From NCBI GenBank assembly GCA_964016885.1, contig OZ024741.1:75578001-75642000 (forward strand): a stretch of 64,000 nucleotides of DNA. The letters are read 5' to 3'. The notes beneath the pieces were generated by a model that saw nothing but the letters and a program-made list of their open reading frames with translations, made no database searches and had not been told where the DNA came from. Positions 11,820 to 24,624 of the stretch are shown here, piece after piece. The DNA is from Eledone cirrhosa (lineage: Eukaryota). The position numbers were made by a program, and so were the translations under genes. The number at the start of each line of letters is the position of its first letter. Position 1 is the first letter of the stretch.

Positions 11820-12546
11820 TTCTTTGAGTCTCAGTCATTGATGTTAGTTAACTGGAAAGTTTGTTGAAATGAATATCAAGCCACTACCTGCAGCCTCAGA
11901 TATTCAGGACGTATCGGAGGGTTCTTGCTGTTCCCAGCAAGCATGCCTTTTGAAGTGTTCCAAAAAGCGGGGCAGGGCCAATTTTCTTTAACCAACCCTG
12001 GAAACTCCTTGAGATAGTACCTAGTGCACCTATGACACTTTGACTTCATGGCAGTTCCAAATCCTTTTACCTCCCACTTTAAGTCCTGGTATCGGTTAAT
12101 TTTCTCCCTCTCCTTCTCTTGCACTCTCGTGTCGAATGGGCAGGCCACATCCACAATCAGGCACGATCTTTTTTCCTTGTCCAAAACCACCAGGTCAGGT
12201 CTATTGTGTTCCAGTTTCTTGTCCGTCTGTATCCTAAAATCCGACAGCACCTTCACCTGATCGTTTTCTATCACCGACTCTGGCTTATGCTCATACCACT
12301 TCTCAGAATGTGGTAAATTGTTTACTTTGCATAGGTGCCAGTGGATCACCCTGCCCATCACATCATGTCTCCAGCCTTTATAGTGAGTCTGGGCTAGGTG
12401 TTTACACTCGGATACAATGTGAGCCACAGTCTCCTCTCTCTCTCCACAGATCCTGCACAGTGGGCTAGCCTCCTCCTTGTAAATATGGTGTTTCAGCCAC
12501 TTCGTTTTGAGGGCCTGCTCTTGCGCAGCCATTAGCATTCCTTTGT
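11820..12546 (-). mobile_element. R4/Dong LINE 3' fragment (CCHC + REL), family D1
   Basis: AAQEQAL..CRICG..HIVSEC..RHD..NRPDLVV..DVACP; (ATT)n on both sides. Confidence 0.92.
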
Positions 12547-13067
12547 CAATTATTATTATTATTATTATTATTGTTGTTGTTGTTGTTGTTATTATTATTA
12601 TTATTTGTGTTGTCCTCTTCCTTCAGTTTTGGTTCCATTTCTTACTGGGTGTCTTCCTGATACCTAGAGCAGAGAAACTCACCATATACATTGATAAGCC
12701 ACAAAAATAAACACACCAGATTGTTCACGTCATACACTTTGCATAGTTATAGGTATATCATTTGCTTTATACATGTGCTCATTATCTGTTTAAAATCATA
12801 TTTATAACAGAATGATAATCAATCATATAAGAGTGCTCAATTATTTACAACTTACAGAATTATGGAATATAATCAAATAGAGTTATGTATTCCTCCCTTC
12901 CCTTTTCTTTTCTCTTTTTTTCCTTTCAACCCTTTTTTTCCTTCCATCTATTCCCCCTTCACTCCATTGTTTTCTACTCTACATTCTTCTCTCTCTCCAT
13001 CTCCCTTCATTCAACTCTCCTGCCTATTACCCCTCTAAAAATCCATCCCAAAGAAACTATAAATAAT

Positions 13068-13256
13068 AATTGTTTCTACTTTAGGCACAAGGCCAGCAAT
13101 TACCCAGTACATTACTGGTACTTTTATTTTATCGACCCCGTAAGGATGAAAGACAAAGTTAACCTCAGCGGGATTTGAACTCAGATTGTAAAGGGACGTA
13201 ACTATGCTAGAAAGCATGGCATCCAACCCTCTACCGATACTGCCAATTCACCACCA
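13068..13256 (-). mobile_element. SINE family A
   Basis: Full-length match to consensus; ATATAAATAATAAT-like duplication on both sides. Confidence 0.88.
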
Positions 13257-13478
13257 TATAAATAATAATAGTGACCAATTATATCTGACTTTCCTCATTA
13301 TTTCATAAAAATAAAGTAGTTCTAGTCCTGTAGAAGTCATTTCAATATGAAATAAAGATGCCTGTATGTATTGAGTACCTTTTTAGATGTTGTCTCCTCC
13401 CAATACTCATCTGGAATCTCCCCATAATTATATGTTTATGTATACATACATACATACATACATACATACATACATACA

Positions 13479-13511
<33 letters not shown>

Positions 13512-13523
13512 CTATCTATCTAT

Positions 13524-13582
<59 letters not shown>

Positions 13583-14166
13583 TGAATTTGTTTTGCAAGG
13601 TTTTTGATATGAAAGTTAAACAGGAAAAAATGAATGGAAGAACAACAACAACCATGCCCAAACAAACAATACTGACTTAAGGGAAATATAAATAAATAAA
13701 TAAATAAATAAGTATATACACAAGTACAATAACAGCAAACACATATAAACACACACTAGTAAATAAAGATAGAATACAAAAATAAAAACACATACACTCA
13801 AATGCAAACACACATACCAAAGATTATACACACACGCAAATGCATGCACAGAGATGGAAACAAGAAGAAATAAATAAATAAATAAAATTAAAATGGCGTA
13901 GACATTACCATACAATACAATACAATAGGAGGGAACATAATAGTACTACTGATGATGTTGCAGATGTGCAACAAAAGAACTTTCATAGACTATATATATA
14001 TATTTATATCTGTATTTTTAACCGTTGGTCAATCAATGATAAACATCGATTGCCAAATAAATTAACTATGGAGATATAAAAGATACCGAAAACCAACCAA
14101 ACAGTGAGTGTGTTCTGTTATTATTTCTGGCAATATTATTACAACAATATGACCCTCCCCAAGTAT

Positions 14167-14172
<6 letters not shown>
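13583..14172 (+). mobile_element. Diverged 3' end/pLTR of the 2114-4880 Penelope family
   Basis: TTAAACAGGAAAAAATGAATGG matches the LNRKHEW end; terminal ATGACCCTCCCCAAGTATAACAATA shared with 4856-4880. Confidence 0.65.
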
Positions 14173-14214
<42 letters not shown>

Positions 14215-14218
<4 letters not shown>

Positions 14219-17200
14219 CAATATTGATCAGGTTATTGACTGGTTGAGGATAAGAATCATCTTAAATTTATACAATTTGATATCGATAGTTACTATATCC
14301 CCTATTTTACTTAATAAAGCCCTAATCTTAGCTAGAAGTAATACTGATTTATCTAAGAAAGAAACAGGCATTATATTGACTGCTAGATGCACTATAATAG
14401 AGGTCAATGGTTGTTATTGGACTAGGGCAAATAGACCAGATAACTTTGACATGAGTATGGGGTCAAGTTACTGACCTTGTGGGAATTTACCTCCTACACA
14501 AGCTAAAGGAGGATTTACCCTCTATGCAAGGCAGCTTATACAGAGATGATGCTCTATTTACTATAGATAATTTTAATGCACGTAGAATCGAGATTCTTAA
14601 GAAGCATTTGCATAAATTTTTAAAAAGCTTTGGTCTTTCTATCACAATGAGCCTAACAATAAGGTCGTTAATTTCCTTGATGCTACTTTACACCTCGATA
14701 CAGGACTCTACCGTCCTTATGATAAACACGGTGAGATCTTAACTTATATTAATAGTCTTTCTAACCACACCGTTATATTCTTAAATCTTTTGTAATGTCT
14801 ATTTCACATAGAATCTCTTGGGTCTCTGCAAATGAGAACATATTTAATGAAATAGCGTGGTACTATAATGAGGCTCTTTCTAAACCAGGCTATAAGGATA
14901 AAATTTATTACCTACCTGCTGTTCTATCCACCCATGAATTAAGTAATAATAATGTAATTGCACAGAGTTGTCTCTCTAGTAAAATAGATTTTAAAACACT
15001 AATAGAAAGAACCGGTCTCCTTATAATGGTTTGCTACCTACTCCTAGCAATGAGTTCAGGATTAATTCTAATAGACACCTTAATCAAACGCCTTCCTCTA
15101 ATACTAAGAATTCATACACTACTGCGCATAACTTAAAACATATTCTAAACATTACCTATAATCCCTTCTAACACTGCTAGTATTCCACGTCGAAATAGAT
15201 CTCGTAATCTGTCCTGGTTTAATCCTCTGTTCTCCTATAATGTAGCTTTTAACCTTCCTAAAAGGTTTCCACCTAGCCATAAGTACTATAAATTATTTAA
15301 CAAAAATAACGTTAAGATTTCTTTCTATACTACTCCTAACTTGGCAGATTATATTGCTTTTAGTAACCATAAGAAACTAAAAAAACATAGTGCCTCCCTT
15401 TATGTTAATTTATCTCTACCACTTATCCTTTTATATACGAATAATTCTAACATTAATAGTTTTTCTTTTAACTCTCATATCAAATGATATGCCTACTAAT
15501 TCTATCCTACAATTTCTACCACCACTAACCATAACTGTAATTGTAGAAATCCTAATAACTGCCTTCTAAATGGTCAATGTCTCACTAATAATGTAGTATA
15601 TAGATGCACCGTTAAAGCCCATAATGACACTAAAACGTACATTGGAGCTACTGCTAACCCTTTCAAGACTCATTTTAATTCTCATAGACATTCATTTAAG
15701 AATAGTAATTTAAATTTTCTACTTCTTTAGCCAGATATATAAATACACTAAAACTCTCTAACATTAAATACTCTTTAGTCTGGGATATGTTAGCTAAATC
15801 CTCTCCTTATAAAGGTTGTAAAGGTCATTGTGATCTCTGTTTATTGGAAGTTTATTTCATAACTATGTCTAAACCCAGCCCAATAAATGACCGAAACAAG
15901 ATTGTAATTAACTGCCATCATAGTTTGGTATATGCGTTCGCTAACAGGGTTCTTGATCCCACTTAGATTCCATTAGTTAAATGTTAAATTGGCTATTCCT
16001 TTTTTTTTGTTTTATTTTATTTTATTTATTTTTTTTTTTTTTGCTATTCCTTTTTAACCCACCACTCCACTTATTTTACGTTCACATTTTAACTAGTTCA
16101 AATTTCCTTCCTAATTAATCTATATCCTATTTTTTCTTTTTTAATATTTTATTTTTACCCATGTTATATTAATACTATTTTTTTCTTTACTCCCACTTAT
16201 TATATTATTTTAATTCATAACCCATATTCCTTATCCTCTATTTTCCTTTTCTTAGTTAATAGGTGATTCCTCTATTTCCTTCTTTAACTATACTTTCTTT
16301 TCACTTTTAATATAACTGTTTCTACTTTTGGCACAAGGCCATAAATTACCCAGTGCATTACTGGTACTTTATTTTATCGACCCCGTAAGGATGAAAGGTA
16401 AAGTTAACCTCGGCGGGATAACCCACTCTTATGTATAATTATTTAATATCAATGCATTTCCTATTATTTCCCCCTATATATTTTTTCTCTGTAGCTTTAA
16501 CCTCCTTCATCCATCCCCTAAACCCCTCCTTTTTAATCATTTTAATTTTAATCTATTTCTATATTTTATTTTCCTTTATATATTTTTAATGGTATATCCC
16601 GATTGCCCTATCCCTTTCAGCCATAGCGCAAATCATTACACTTATTTATACTCCATTAAACTCACTCATTTTTATAATTATTCATAATACACTTCCTATA
16701 GTATTCCCCTATATTATTTCTTTTTTAGTGTTCAAATCCCGCCTAGGTTAACTTTGCCTTTCATCCTTACGGGGTCGATAAAATAAAGTACCAGTAATGT
16801 ACTGGGTATTTGCTGGCCCTGTGCCAAAATTAGAAACAATTATTTCTTTTTTAGTGTTAACTATTATTACTTTGGCCTTTCTCCTGCTTTTATACATTCT
16901 TTGACTATATTCTTTATACACCCCTTCTTTCAAATTATTAATTAAGATTTTCTTCGTATTATTAACACCCCTTTTTCCTTCTTTTAAGTATTTCAAAAAA
17001 TCTTTAATTATCTATTATATATTTCTACTTATTTATCTCCTTTTCTTCATAGCCCCTTGTTATACCTACTACCAGTTTCATATTTTCTCCATTTTTTTTA
17101 ATGGTTAAATTCTTAGAATTTATAATGTATTATTATCTTACTTACATCTCTAATATGTGGACAGGTATTCTTCAAGATTTACATTTATTGTAGTCCCTAT

Positions 17201-17445
17201 TTTCAGTGGCATGTATTTTTGAATTTTTATGTTTATTTTTTGTTTTGGGCTCCGATGAGGAGACCATATCTAACTTTCCTTTTTATTATCACTTACTATT
17301 ATCGATTTTATAATCGATAATTATCATCTGTATGTGCAGAATACTGATATGGTTTCCAAAACAATTGTCAGCCATTAAATATATTTGTTCAAGAATTTGG
17401 TATTGTTTTCTCTAACATTTAATTTCTGTGTACGTATATATATAT
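14215..17445 (+). mobile_element. Degenerate Penelope-like element with long AT-rich 3' region
   Basis: FDMSMGS, LYRDDAL, SNH, WFNP, CNCRNPNNCLLNGQCL..VVYRC..YIG remnants; two truncated SINE A insertions (16316-16420, 16730-16842). Confidence 0.85.
17248..17373 (+). ncRNA. Decayed type I hammerhead with long stem II insertion
   Basis: GGCT-CCGATGA-GGAGACCATATC-(75 nt)-GATATGGTTTCC-AAAA-CAATTG-TC-AGCC; two core substitutions. Confidence 0.65.
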
Positions 17446-17979
17446 ATACACACCTATATATATATATATATATATATATCATCATCATCGTTATACGTCC
17501 CCTGCTTGCAATGGTGGGACGGGAACTGATTCTGGCTTGATTTCTACAGCTGGATGCCCTTCCTAACACCGAACTCATTTACAGTGAGTGCTGGGTGCTT
17601 TTTTCCGTGGCACCTCTACGTCCACTTTACAGTGGAATGATAGGGACCCCAGTCCCTATCATCTCATTTCTGCGTATATATATATATATAAAAACAAATA
17701 ACGAAACGAAATTAAATTTCGTTTCGCTTCTAACTCACTTTTGTATGACTGACGCTTAAACAATTAAGTTAAAGTGTACATCTACATATGTATACGGAAG
17801 TATTAGTATGCATATAAATACACACATGTATACATATGTACATGTACTCAGCTTTTCACTAGACACTTTACAGTGAGTGTCAGCTAGTCTGTATGTAACC
17901 ACACAGGCGGACCGGGTTTTAGAGTCATACGAGTTTTCAAGGAAACACATTTCCTCTATTCTCCAGAGGGCCAGACAGG

Positions 17980-18024
17980 AATATTGGACTAGTTTCGATG
18001 TTATTACATCTCATCAGCAATATT
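17980..18024 (-). ncRNA. Minimal type I hammerhead, copy 1
   Basis: Reverse complement of 19027-19071. Confidence 0.9.
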
Positions 18025-18448
18025 TACCCATCTTCCGGCTTCTCTGGAGGATTGTAAAAGCACATATCGTTATATGCTTTTTCTATGAAAATTAGTAGTG
18101 GGTAGACTAATTTGCATAGAACGTGAGTCATTGTACGCACCGGTTCAGCGGAAACGATGAAAACAAATAACGAAACGAAATTAAATTTCGTTTCGCTTCT
18201 AACTCACTTTTGTATGACTGACGCTTAAACAATTAAGTTAAAGTGTACATCTACATATGTATACGGAAGTATTAGTATGCATATAAATACACACATGTAT
18301 ACATATGTACATGTACTCAGCTTTTCACTAGACACTTTACAGTGAGTGTCAGCTAGTCTGTATGTAACCACACAGGAGCACCGGGTTTTAGAGTCATACG
18401 AGTTTTCAAGGAAACACATTTCCTCTATTCTCCAGAGGGCCAGACAGG

Positions 18449-18493
18449 AATATTGGACTAGTTTCGATGTTATTACATCTCATCAGCAATATT
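18449..18493 (-). ncRNA. Minimal type I hammerhead, copy 2
   Basis: Identical; 469 bp from copy 1. Confidence 0.9.
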
Positions 18494-19026
18494 TACCCAT
18501 CTTCCGGCTTCTCTGGAGAATTGTAAAAGCACATATCGTTATATGCTTTTTCTATGAAAATTAGTAGTGGGTAGACTAATTTGCATAGAACGTGAGTCAT
18601 TGTACGCACCGGTTCAGCGGAAACGATAAAAACAAATAACGAAACGAAATTAAATTTCGTTTCGCTTCTAACTCACTGTGTGGTTACATACAGACTAGCT
18701 GACACTCACTGTAAAGTGTCTAGTGAAAAGCTGAGTACATGTACATATGTATACATGTGTGTATTTATATGCATACTAATACTTCCGTATACATATGTAG
18801 ATGTACACTTTAACTTAATTGTTTAAGCGTCAGTCATACAAAAGTGAGTTAGAAGCGAAACGAAATTTAATTTCGTTTCGTTATTTGTTTTTATCGTTTC
18901 CGCTGAACCGGTGCGTACAATGACTCACGTTCTATGCAAATTAGTCTACCCACTACTAATTTTCATAGAAAAAGCATATAACGATATGTGCTTTTACAAT
19001 TCTCCAGAGAAGCCGGAAGATGGGTA

Positions 19027-19071
19027 AATATTGCTGATGAGATGTAATAACATCGAAACTAGTCCAATATT
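19027..19071 (+). ncRNA. Minimal type I hammerhead, copy 3
   Basis: AATATTG-CTGATGA-GATGT(AATA)ACATC-GAAA-CTAG-TC-CAATATT; predicted cleavage after C19064. Confidence 0.9.
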
Positions 19072-19307
19072 CCTGTCTGGCCCTCTGGAGAATAGAGGAA
19101 ATGTGTTTCCTTGAAAACTCGTATGACTCTAAAACCCGGTCCGCCTGTGTGGTTACATACAGACTAGCTGACACTCACTGTAAAGTGTCTAGTGAAAAGC
19201 TGAGTACATGTACATATGTATACATGTGTGTATTTATATGCATACTAATACTTCCGTATACATATGTAGATGTACACTTTAACTTAATTATATATATATA
19301 TATATAC

Positions 19308-20167
19308 CACTATTAACAGCTAAAGGGTTCTCCCTAAAAATGAAAGGCAGGTTGTATGATGCCTGCATACGAACAGCAATGTTGCATGGCAGTGAGACCT
19401 GGGCATTGTGTGCAGAGGATATATGCAGACTAGAGAGGAACGAAGCTTGCATGCTCCGCTGGATGTGTAATAGTAATATACGTGAATGGCAAAGCATAAA
19501 CGAACTAAGGAAAAAATTAGAAATAAGAGGGATCAGATGTTGTTTACTCGAGAGAAGGCTATGTTGGTATGGTCACGTGATGCGCATGAAAGACGATAGC
19601 TGTATAACAAAGTGCAGGGCAATAAAGATAGACGGTAGCCACGGAGTAGGCAGACCCAGAAAAACCTGGGACGAGCTGATAAATTCCGACCTCACACACT
19701 TACACCTCTCCAAGACAATGTCACTGGACCGAGACCTTTGGCGGTACTCAGTAATAGAGAAGACCCACCTTACCTAAATACAAAGTAAAACCTACTACAG
19801 TCAGTAGGCATCTCTAACAAAATACACCCCCGTCCAACCACCCCCACCCCACCCACACCGCCCCTTTCAATGTAAAGTTATGTTGGTGCCACAACATCCA
19901 GGCCGAAACAAATGAGATCGTGTAGGTGTCACGACAAAAAAACACACAGTCCACGCTGTAATGTGGCCGTGTAGGCAACACGGTAAAAACCTCTCAGCCC
20001 CACACTGTAAATGTGGTTGGTGTTAGGAAGGGCATCCAGCTGTAGAAAACCCGCCAGACAGTCCTATGCGAGCAAGACAACCACTCTTGCCTCAAGTGGG
20101 AAAACTCCCGTCCAAACCCATGCAAGCGTGGAACACGGACGTTAAACGTTGAGAAGAGAAGAGAAGA

Positions 20168-20168
<1 letters not shown>
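19308..20168 (+). mobile_element. RTE-clade LINE, 5'-truncated
   Basis: KGRLYDACIRTAMLHGSETW..MLRWMC..RLCWYGHVMR..GRPRKTW plus 3' UTR; TA flanks. Confidence 0.9.
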
Positions 20169-20222
<54 letters not shown>

Positions 20223-20240
20223 CTCCTGTATTACTGCGTA

Positions 20241-20329
<89 letters not shown>

Positions 20330-20330
20330 A

Positions 20331-20373
<43 letters not shown>

Positions 20374-21079
20374 TACGCAGTAATACAGAAGACCCGGTTT
20401 GCCTATGTACAAAGCAAACCTACAGTCAGTAGGCACCTCTTAACCAAATATACACCCCAATCTACTACCCCTACCCTATCCTCCCACTCCCACCAACCGC
20501 ACGAGAAAATGAGATCGAGTTCGTGTAGGTGTCACGACAAAACACATACACAGTCCACGCTGTAATGCGGCCGTGTAGGTAACACGGTAAAAACTTCCCA
20601 GTTCCACACTGTAAATGTGGTTGGTGTTAGGAAGGGCATCCAGCCGTAGAAAACCTGCCAGATAGTCCTATATGAGCGAGACACGGTCACCCGACCAGCC
20701 TTGCCTCAAGTGGGACAACTCCCGTCTAACCCATGCTAGCGTGGAAAACGGATGTTAAACGAAGAGGATGATGATGATGATATATATATATTCTATATTA
20801 TATATCTTCTTAGAATATGTAGAAAATCACAAAAGCAAAAAATAATTGTAAATGCAGTCAATTGCTAGAAATAATAGCTTAGTAAAACAGGTAAATCGGA
20901 AATAACTTTTTTTCCATCTATAGGAGTATTTTACCCGATGTCCTAAGCTATTATTTCTAGTAATGGACTGTGTTTACAATTATTTTCTGCATTTTAGATT
21001 TTCTACATTTTCTAAAAATTTCAATCCACTGAATGCTCTGATGTTTTATTTACATATCTACCTATCTCCCCCCTCAGAC

Positions 21080-21320
21080 TGGATGATTCGTTGTGTGCTT
21101 AAGCAAGACACTTTATTTCCCATTGGTGCGACGTTGCTGGTGCTAAGCTGTATCAGCCTTTGCCTTTCCCTTGGACAACGTCAGTGGTGTGGAGAAGGGA
21201 GGCTGGTATGCATGGGTGACTGCTGGTCTTCCACAAACAACCTTGCCTGGACTTGGGCCTTAGAGGAGAACTTTCTAGGTGCAAATCCCATGGTCATTCA
21301 AGACCGAAGAGGCTGTTTAC
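21080..21320 (+). mobile_element. Second SINE family; related at 22410-22520(-) and 25725-25990(+)
   Basis: Shared TGTG..CTTAAGCAAGACACTTTATTTCC; the 25.7-kb copy has a tRNA-like head (TGGCTTAATGATTAGAG..GAGTTTGATTC). Confidence 0.55.
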
Positions 21321-21377
21321 CTTTACCCTATCTCCTCCCTCTCTCCCACTCTCTCCCTCTCTCTCCCTCTCTCTCTC

Positions 21378-21480
<103 letters not shown>

Positions 21481-23532
21481 ATAAAGAATAAAATCTCTTT
21501 AATTTTTTTATCTGATATATATATAAAGGATGGTGTATGAATAGCCAAGATGAAAAAGTTAAGACATTTTATTCTTTATGTGTGTGTATGCATGCACTAT
21601 TGATCATGGATATATTTAGCCACCAAACCTAAGGTGATGATTAATACTGATTCCAAACAAAGCAAAAAAACTGTCCATATAAAATTACAACTTTTCACTT
21701 TCTCGGAATATTACATATACACACACATTCGCACACAAAACACACTCCCTTCTAGACATACACAAATATACACACACCTACACACACGGAATTCTATTGC
21801 TGTGTCACAAAATCTCTAAAGTCTAGACCATTAATGAAGAGAAGAAAGGATGTTGAATCTAATTGCCTATGAAATAAAATAAGATTATTCTGTTATGACC
21901 ATTTTCCTTTTGTTTGTTTAATACGTTAGATAAAAGAGAATGAAGAAATGCACAAAAGTTATAATAAATCTAACAATACATAAAATTTGGCAGCTTTGGA
22001 ATTAAATAGATGGTGGTGCAGGTGGGTTGGTGGGCTTGGTATTTCAGGATTTAATTTATATCAATGACTTTGTTGTTTTGCAGCTGAACTAGAAATTATT
22101 GCTATAAATATAACATTTTATTTTCTTAGATAGTTTTATATAAATAGTAACATTTCTCATTAGCATTAAGTTTTATAAGCCATCTCTGGGCTGTATAAAT
22201 ACTAATGATAACACCCTTCCCTCTTCACTCATGACTGACAAAGTGAGCGAGATGCAAGCTTGGACTAGATGTTTTATAGAAGACCAGCAGTAACCCTAGC
22301 ATTCCAGTCTCTTCCAGTTTGCTATGCCACAGATGTCCAAAGGAACAGCTGATACAGCTTGGCATCAGTATCATTATAACTAATTTTTTCCAGCTAAGTA
22401 GACTGGAGCAATATGAAATAGTGTCTTGCTGAAGGACACAACACACTGTCCAGTTCAGAAATTACTCACAGCCTTTCAGTTGTGAGCCCTACCCTCATCC
22501 AGTGAGCTACATGCCTTTACTTTAGAGCATATCTATCAAACATTAGATATTGTATTAATTATCAACATCCTGTAATGATTTATTTGAAAGTATTTTTAAA
22601 TGGGTTTGTTTATTCGAATGTTTATGCTATCTTTACTACTAGGGAGATTTTTGTGGTAAAGACTTCAAATTTGAATGTGAAGCAATTACAGTGCTGTTTA
22701 GAACTTTCCAAGAATTGCGAGCTAATGCTGTTTCATATTATACAGGACATTAAGAGTTAACTGTCTCTGAGCAGTCAAAAATGGTTAGTGCTGGCTTAAA
22801 AGATGAACATTGGCTTCTCAGTTTGTTCTGGATTGAGAAGCTTCAATGAGCTGCTTCTGGATGTCATCATCTTTCAATTATACTTTGAAGCAGTTTATAT
22901 CATGAAAGGAGCACAAACTCCAATTTGGTAGAGAGAGGTTTAAAAACGCCCCTCCTTCAACTAACAAGGAAATCTTCCTTTCTGAAGACCTCTCTCCTGA
23001 ATCAGAAACTGTTGGATCAGGGGAAGGCTCTCAACCATCTACAAACAAGAGCAGGCAATCAGAAGCTGGTTTGTTCAGATGTACTACAGGACTGGCTCAT
23101 CCACCTGTGGATGTAGAAAAGCAAGCAATACTATGGAGTACTGCCTTGTCTGCTCATGTAGCTTTGAATTACATGAGACTTTGCAGACTTCAATGAAAAT
23201 GCAAAGAGCTGTACTTGCTTCTAAGAAATGACAACAAAAAGACAAATATCAATACTACCAATATGATAGTGTGTGGTGTAGAGCTAAGCTATCAACCTTT
23301 AGATATTATACTAGCTGTCTTTGATACAAATATATGATGGTGTGTGGCACAGAGCAAATGTCTCAGCTGCCATAAATACTACAAACATATAATTGTGTGT
23401 AACAGAGTAAGTTTATCAAAATGTAGATACTATATTAGCTGTCTTAAATACTACAAACATATAATTGTGTAACATAGCGCTAAGTTATCAAACTTTAGGC
23501 ATTATATTAGCTGTCTGTGAGCTGTCATTAAT

Positions 23533-23750
23533 AATGATTTCTAATTTTCACACAAGACCGACATTTTGCGACAAGGCAAAGTTAGTTATATCGACCCCAG
23601 TACTTTACTGGTACTGTATCTTATTGACACTGAAAGGATAAAAGGTAAAGTTGACCTCAGAAGAATTTGAACTCTAAACATAAAAGGCTGAAGTAAATGC
23701 CACAATGCATTGTGTCTAATGCTTTAACAATTCTGTCAAACCACCATCCT
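23533..23750 (-). mobile_element. Old SINE A-related copy; others at 34640-34860, 60250-60660, 61250-61455, 61555-61730
   Basis: Degenerate GACCCCAGT..ACTGGTAC..AAAGG.AAAGTTGACCTC..ATTTGAACTC. Confidence 0.7.
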
Positions 23751-24590
23751 TTGATCTGTCATGAATAATAGTAATTTCTCTGTGTTTAGAGCTCATATCC
23801 CATGGAGGTCAACTTTGCCTTTTACACATTCAGTGTTGATAAATAAAGTACCAATCAAGAAGCAATCAATTGATTAAATAATTCAAGATTTGAACAGAGC
23901 TCTTTACATTCTAAGTTTAGATCCCAGATCATGTCACTGGAAAAGTGCAGAAGCTTTTTTCAGGAATTGTGACTAGCAAATAGTAACAGCAATGGAAACA
24001 GGTTTTTCTTGGTCTGACCTAACAATCAGCTCCTTTCCTTATTGGAGTGTCACTTATGTGTATACATGCATTTAAATTTTAGGCCTATTTTACAAATATA
24101 TTTGCAAATATATTTACAAATGGAGGAATCTAAATACTTTTGTTATCATATTTCTAAAGAAAACTACCTATAATTTCCAAATCATTTTGAAAATTATGAA
24201 AAGTTTGGGGAGATGTAAGTAATATAACTAACTTTCTGGTGTTTAGAACATAATTTAAGAAAGGTTCTTACATAAAAATATGATGGAAGGGTTGTTTGGT
24301 AACTATAAATACATTCAAATAAATAGCTTTGTATTGTAGAATCAGGTACAGTTTCAGACAGTTTCATATCAAAAGGGTTAATAAAATGCGACCTAAAATT
24401 TCAAAGTATAAGATAATAAATTAAATAAAAAGAAAAAAAGTTATCTTCACTTATGTGGTATTTTCATTGTCCATAACATGTCACCTAAAATCTCACTGCT
24501 GCATGCATATCATAGGTTCAGTATCACTACTTTAAAAATAGTAGCTAATTCTCCATCAAATCATCTTATACTCTATCTCTCTCCCTCTCT

Positions 24591-24624
<34 letters not shown>

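Larger units (their letters stand above)
17691..19289. repeat. 469-bp tandem/inverted array; putative retrozyme
   Basis: Units 17691-18159 and 18160-18628, partial unit to 18677, then an inverted 1.3-unit block 18676-19289; few substitutions; TA flanks; one hammerhead per unit. Confidence 0.9.

Noticed and set aside
17756-19316. Repeated 64-72 aa ORFs in the 469-bp unit
   Set aside because: Several rely on non-ATG starts, none has a recognisable motif, and recurrence only reflects unit identity.
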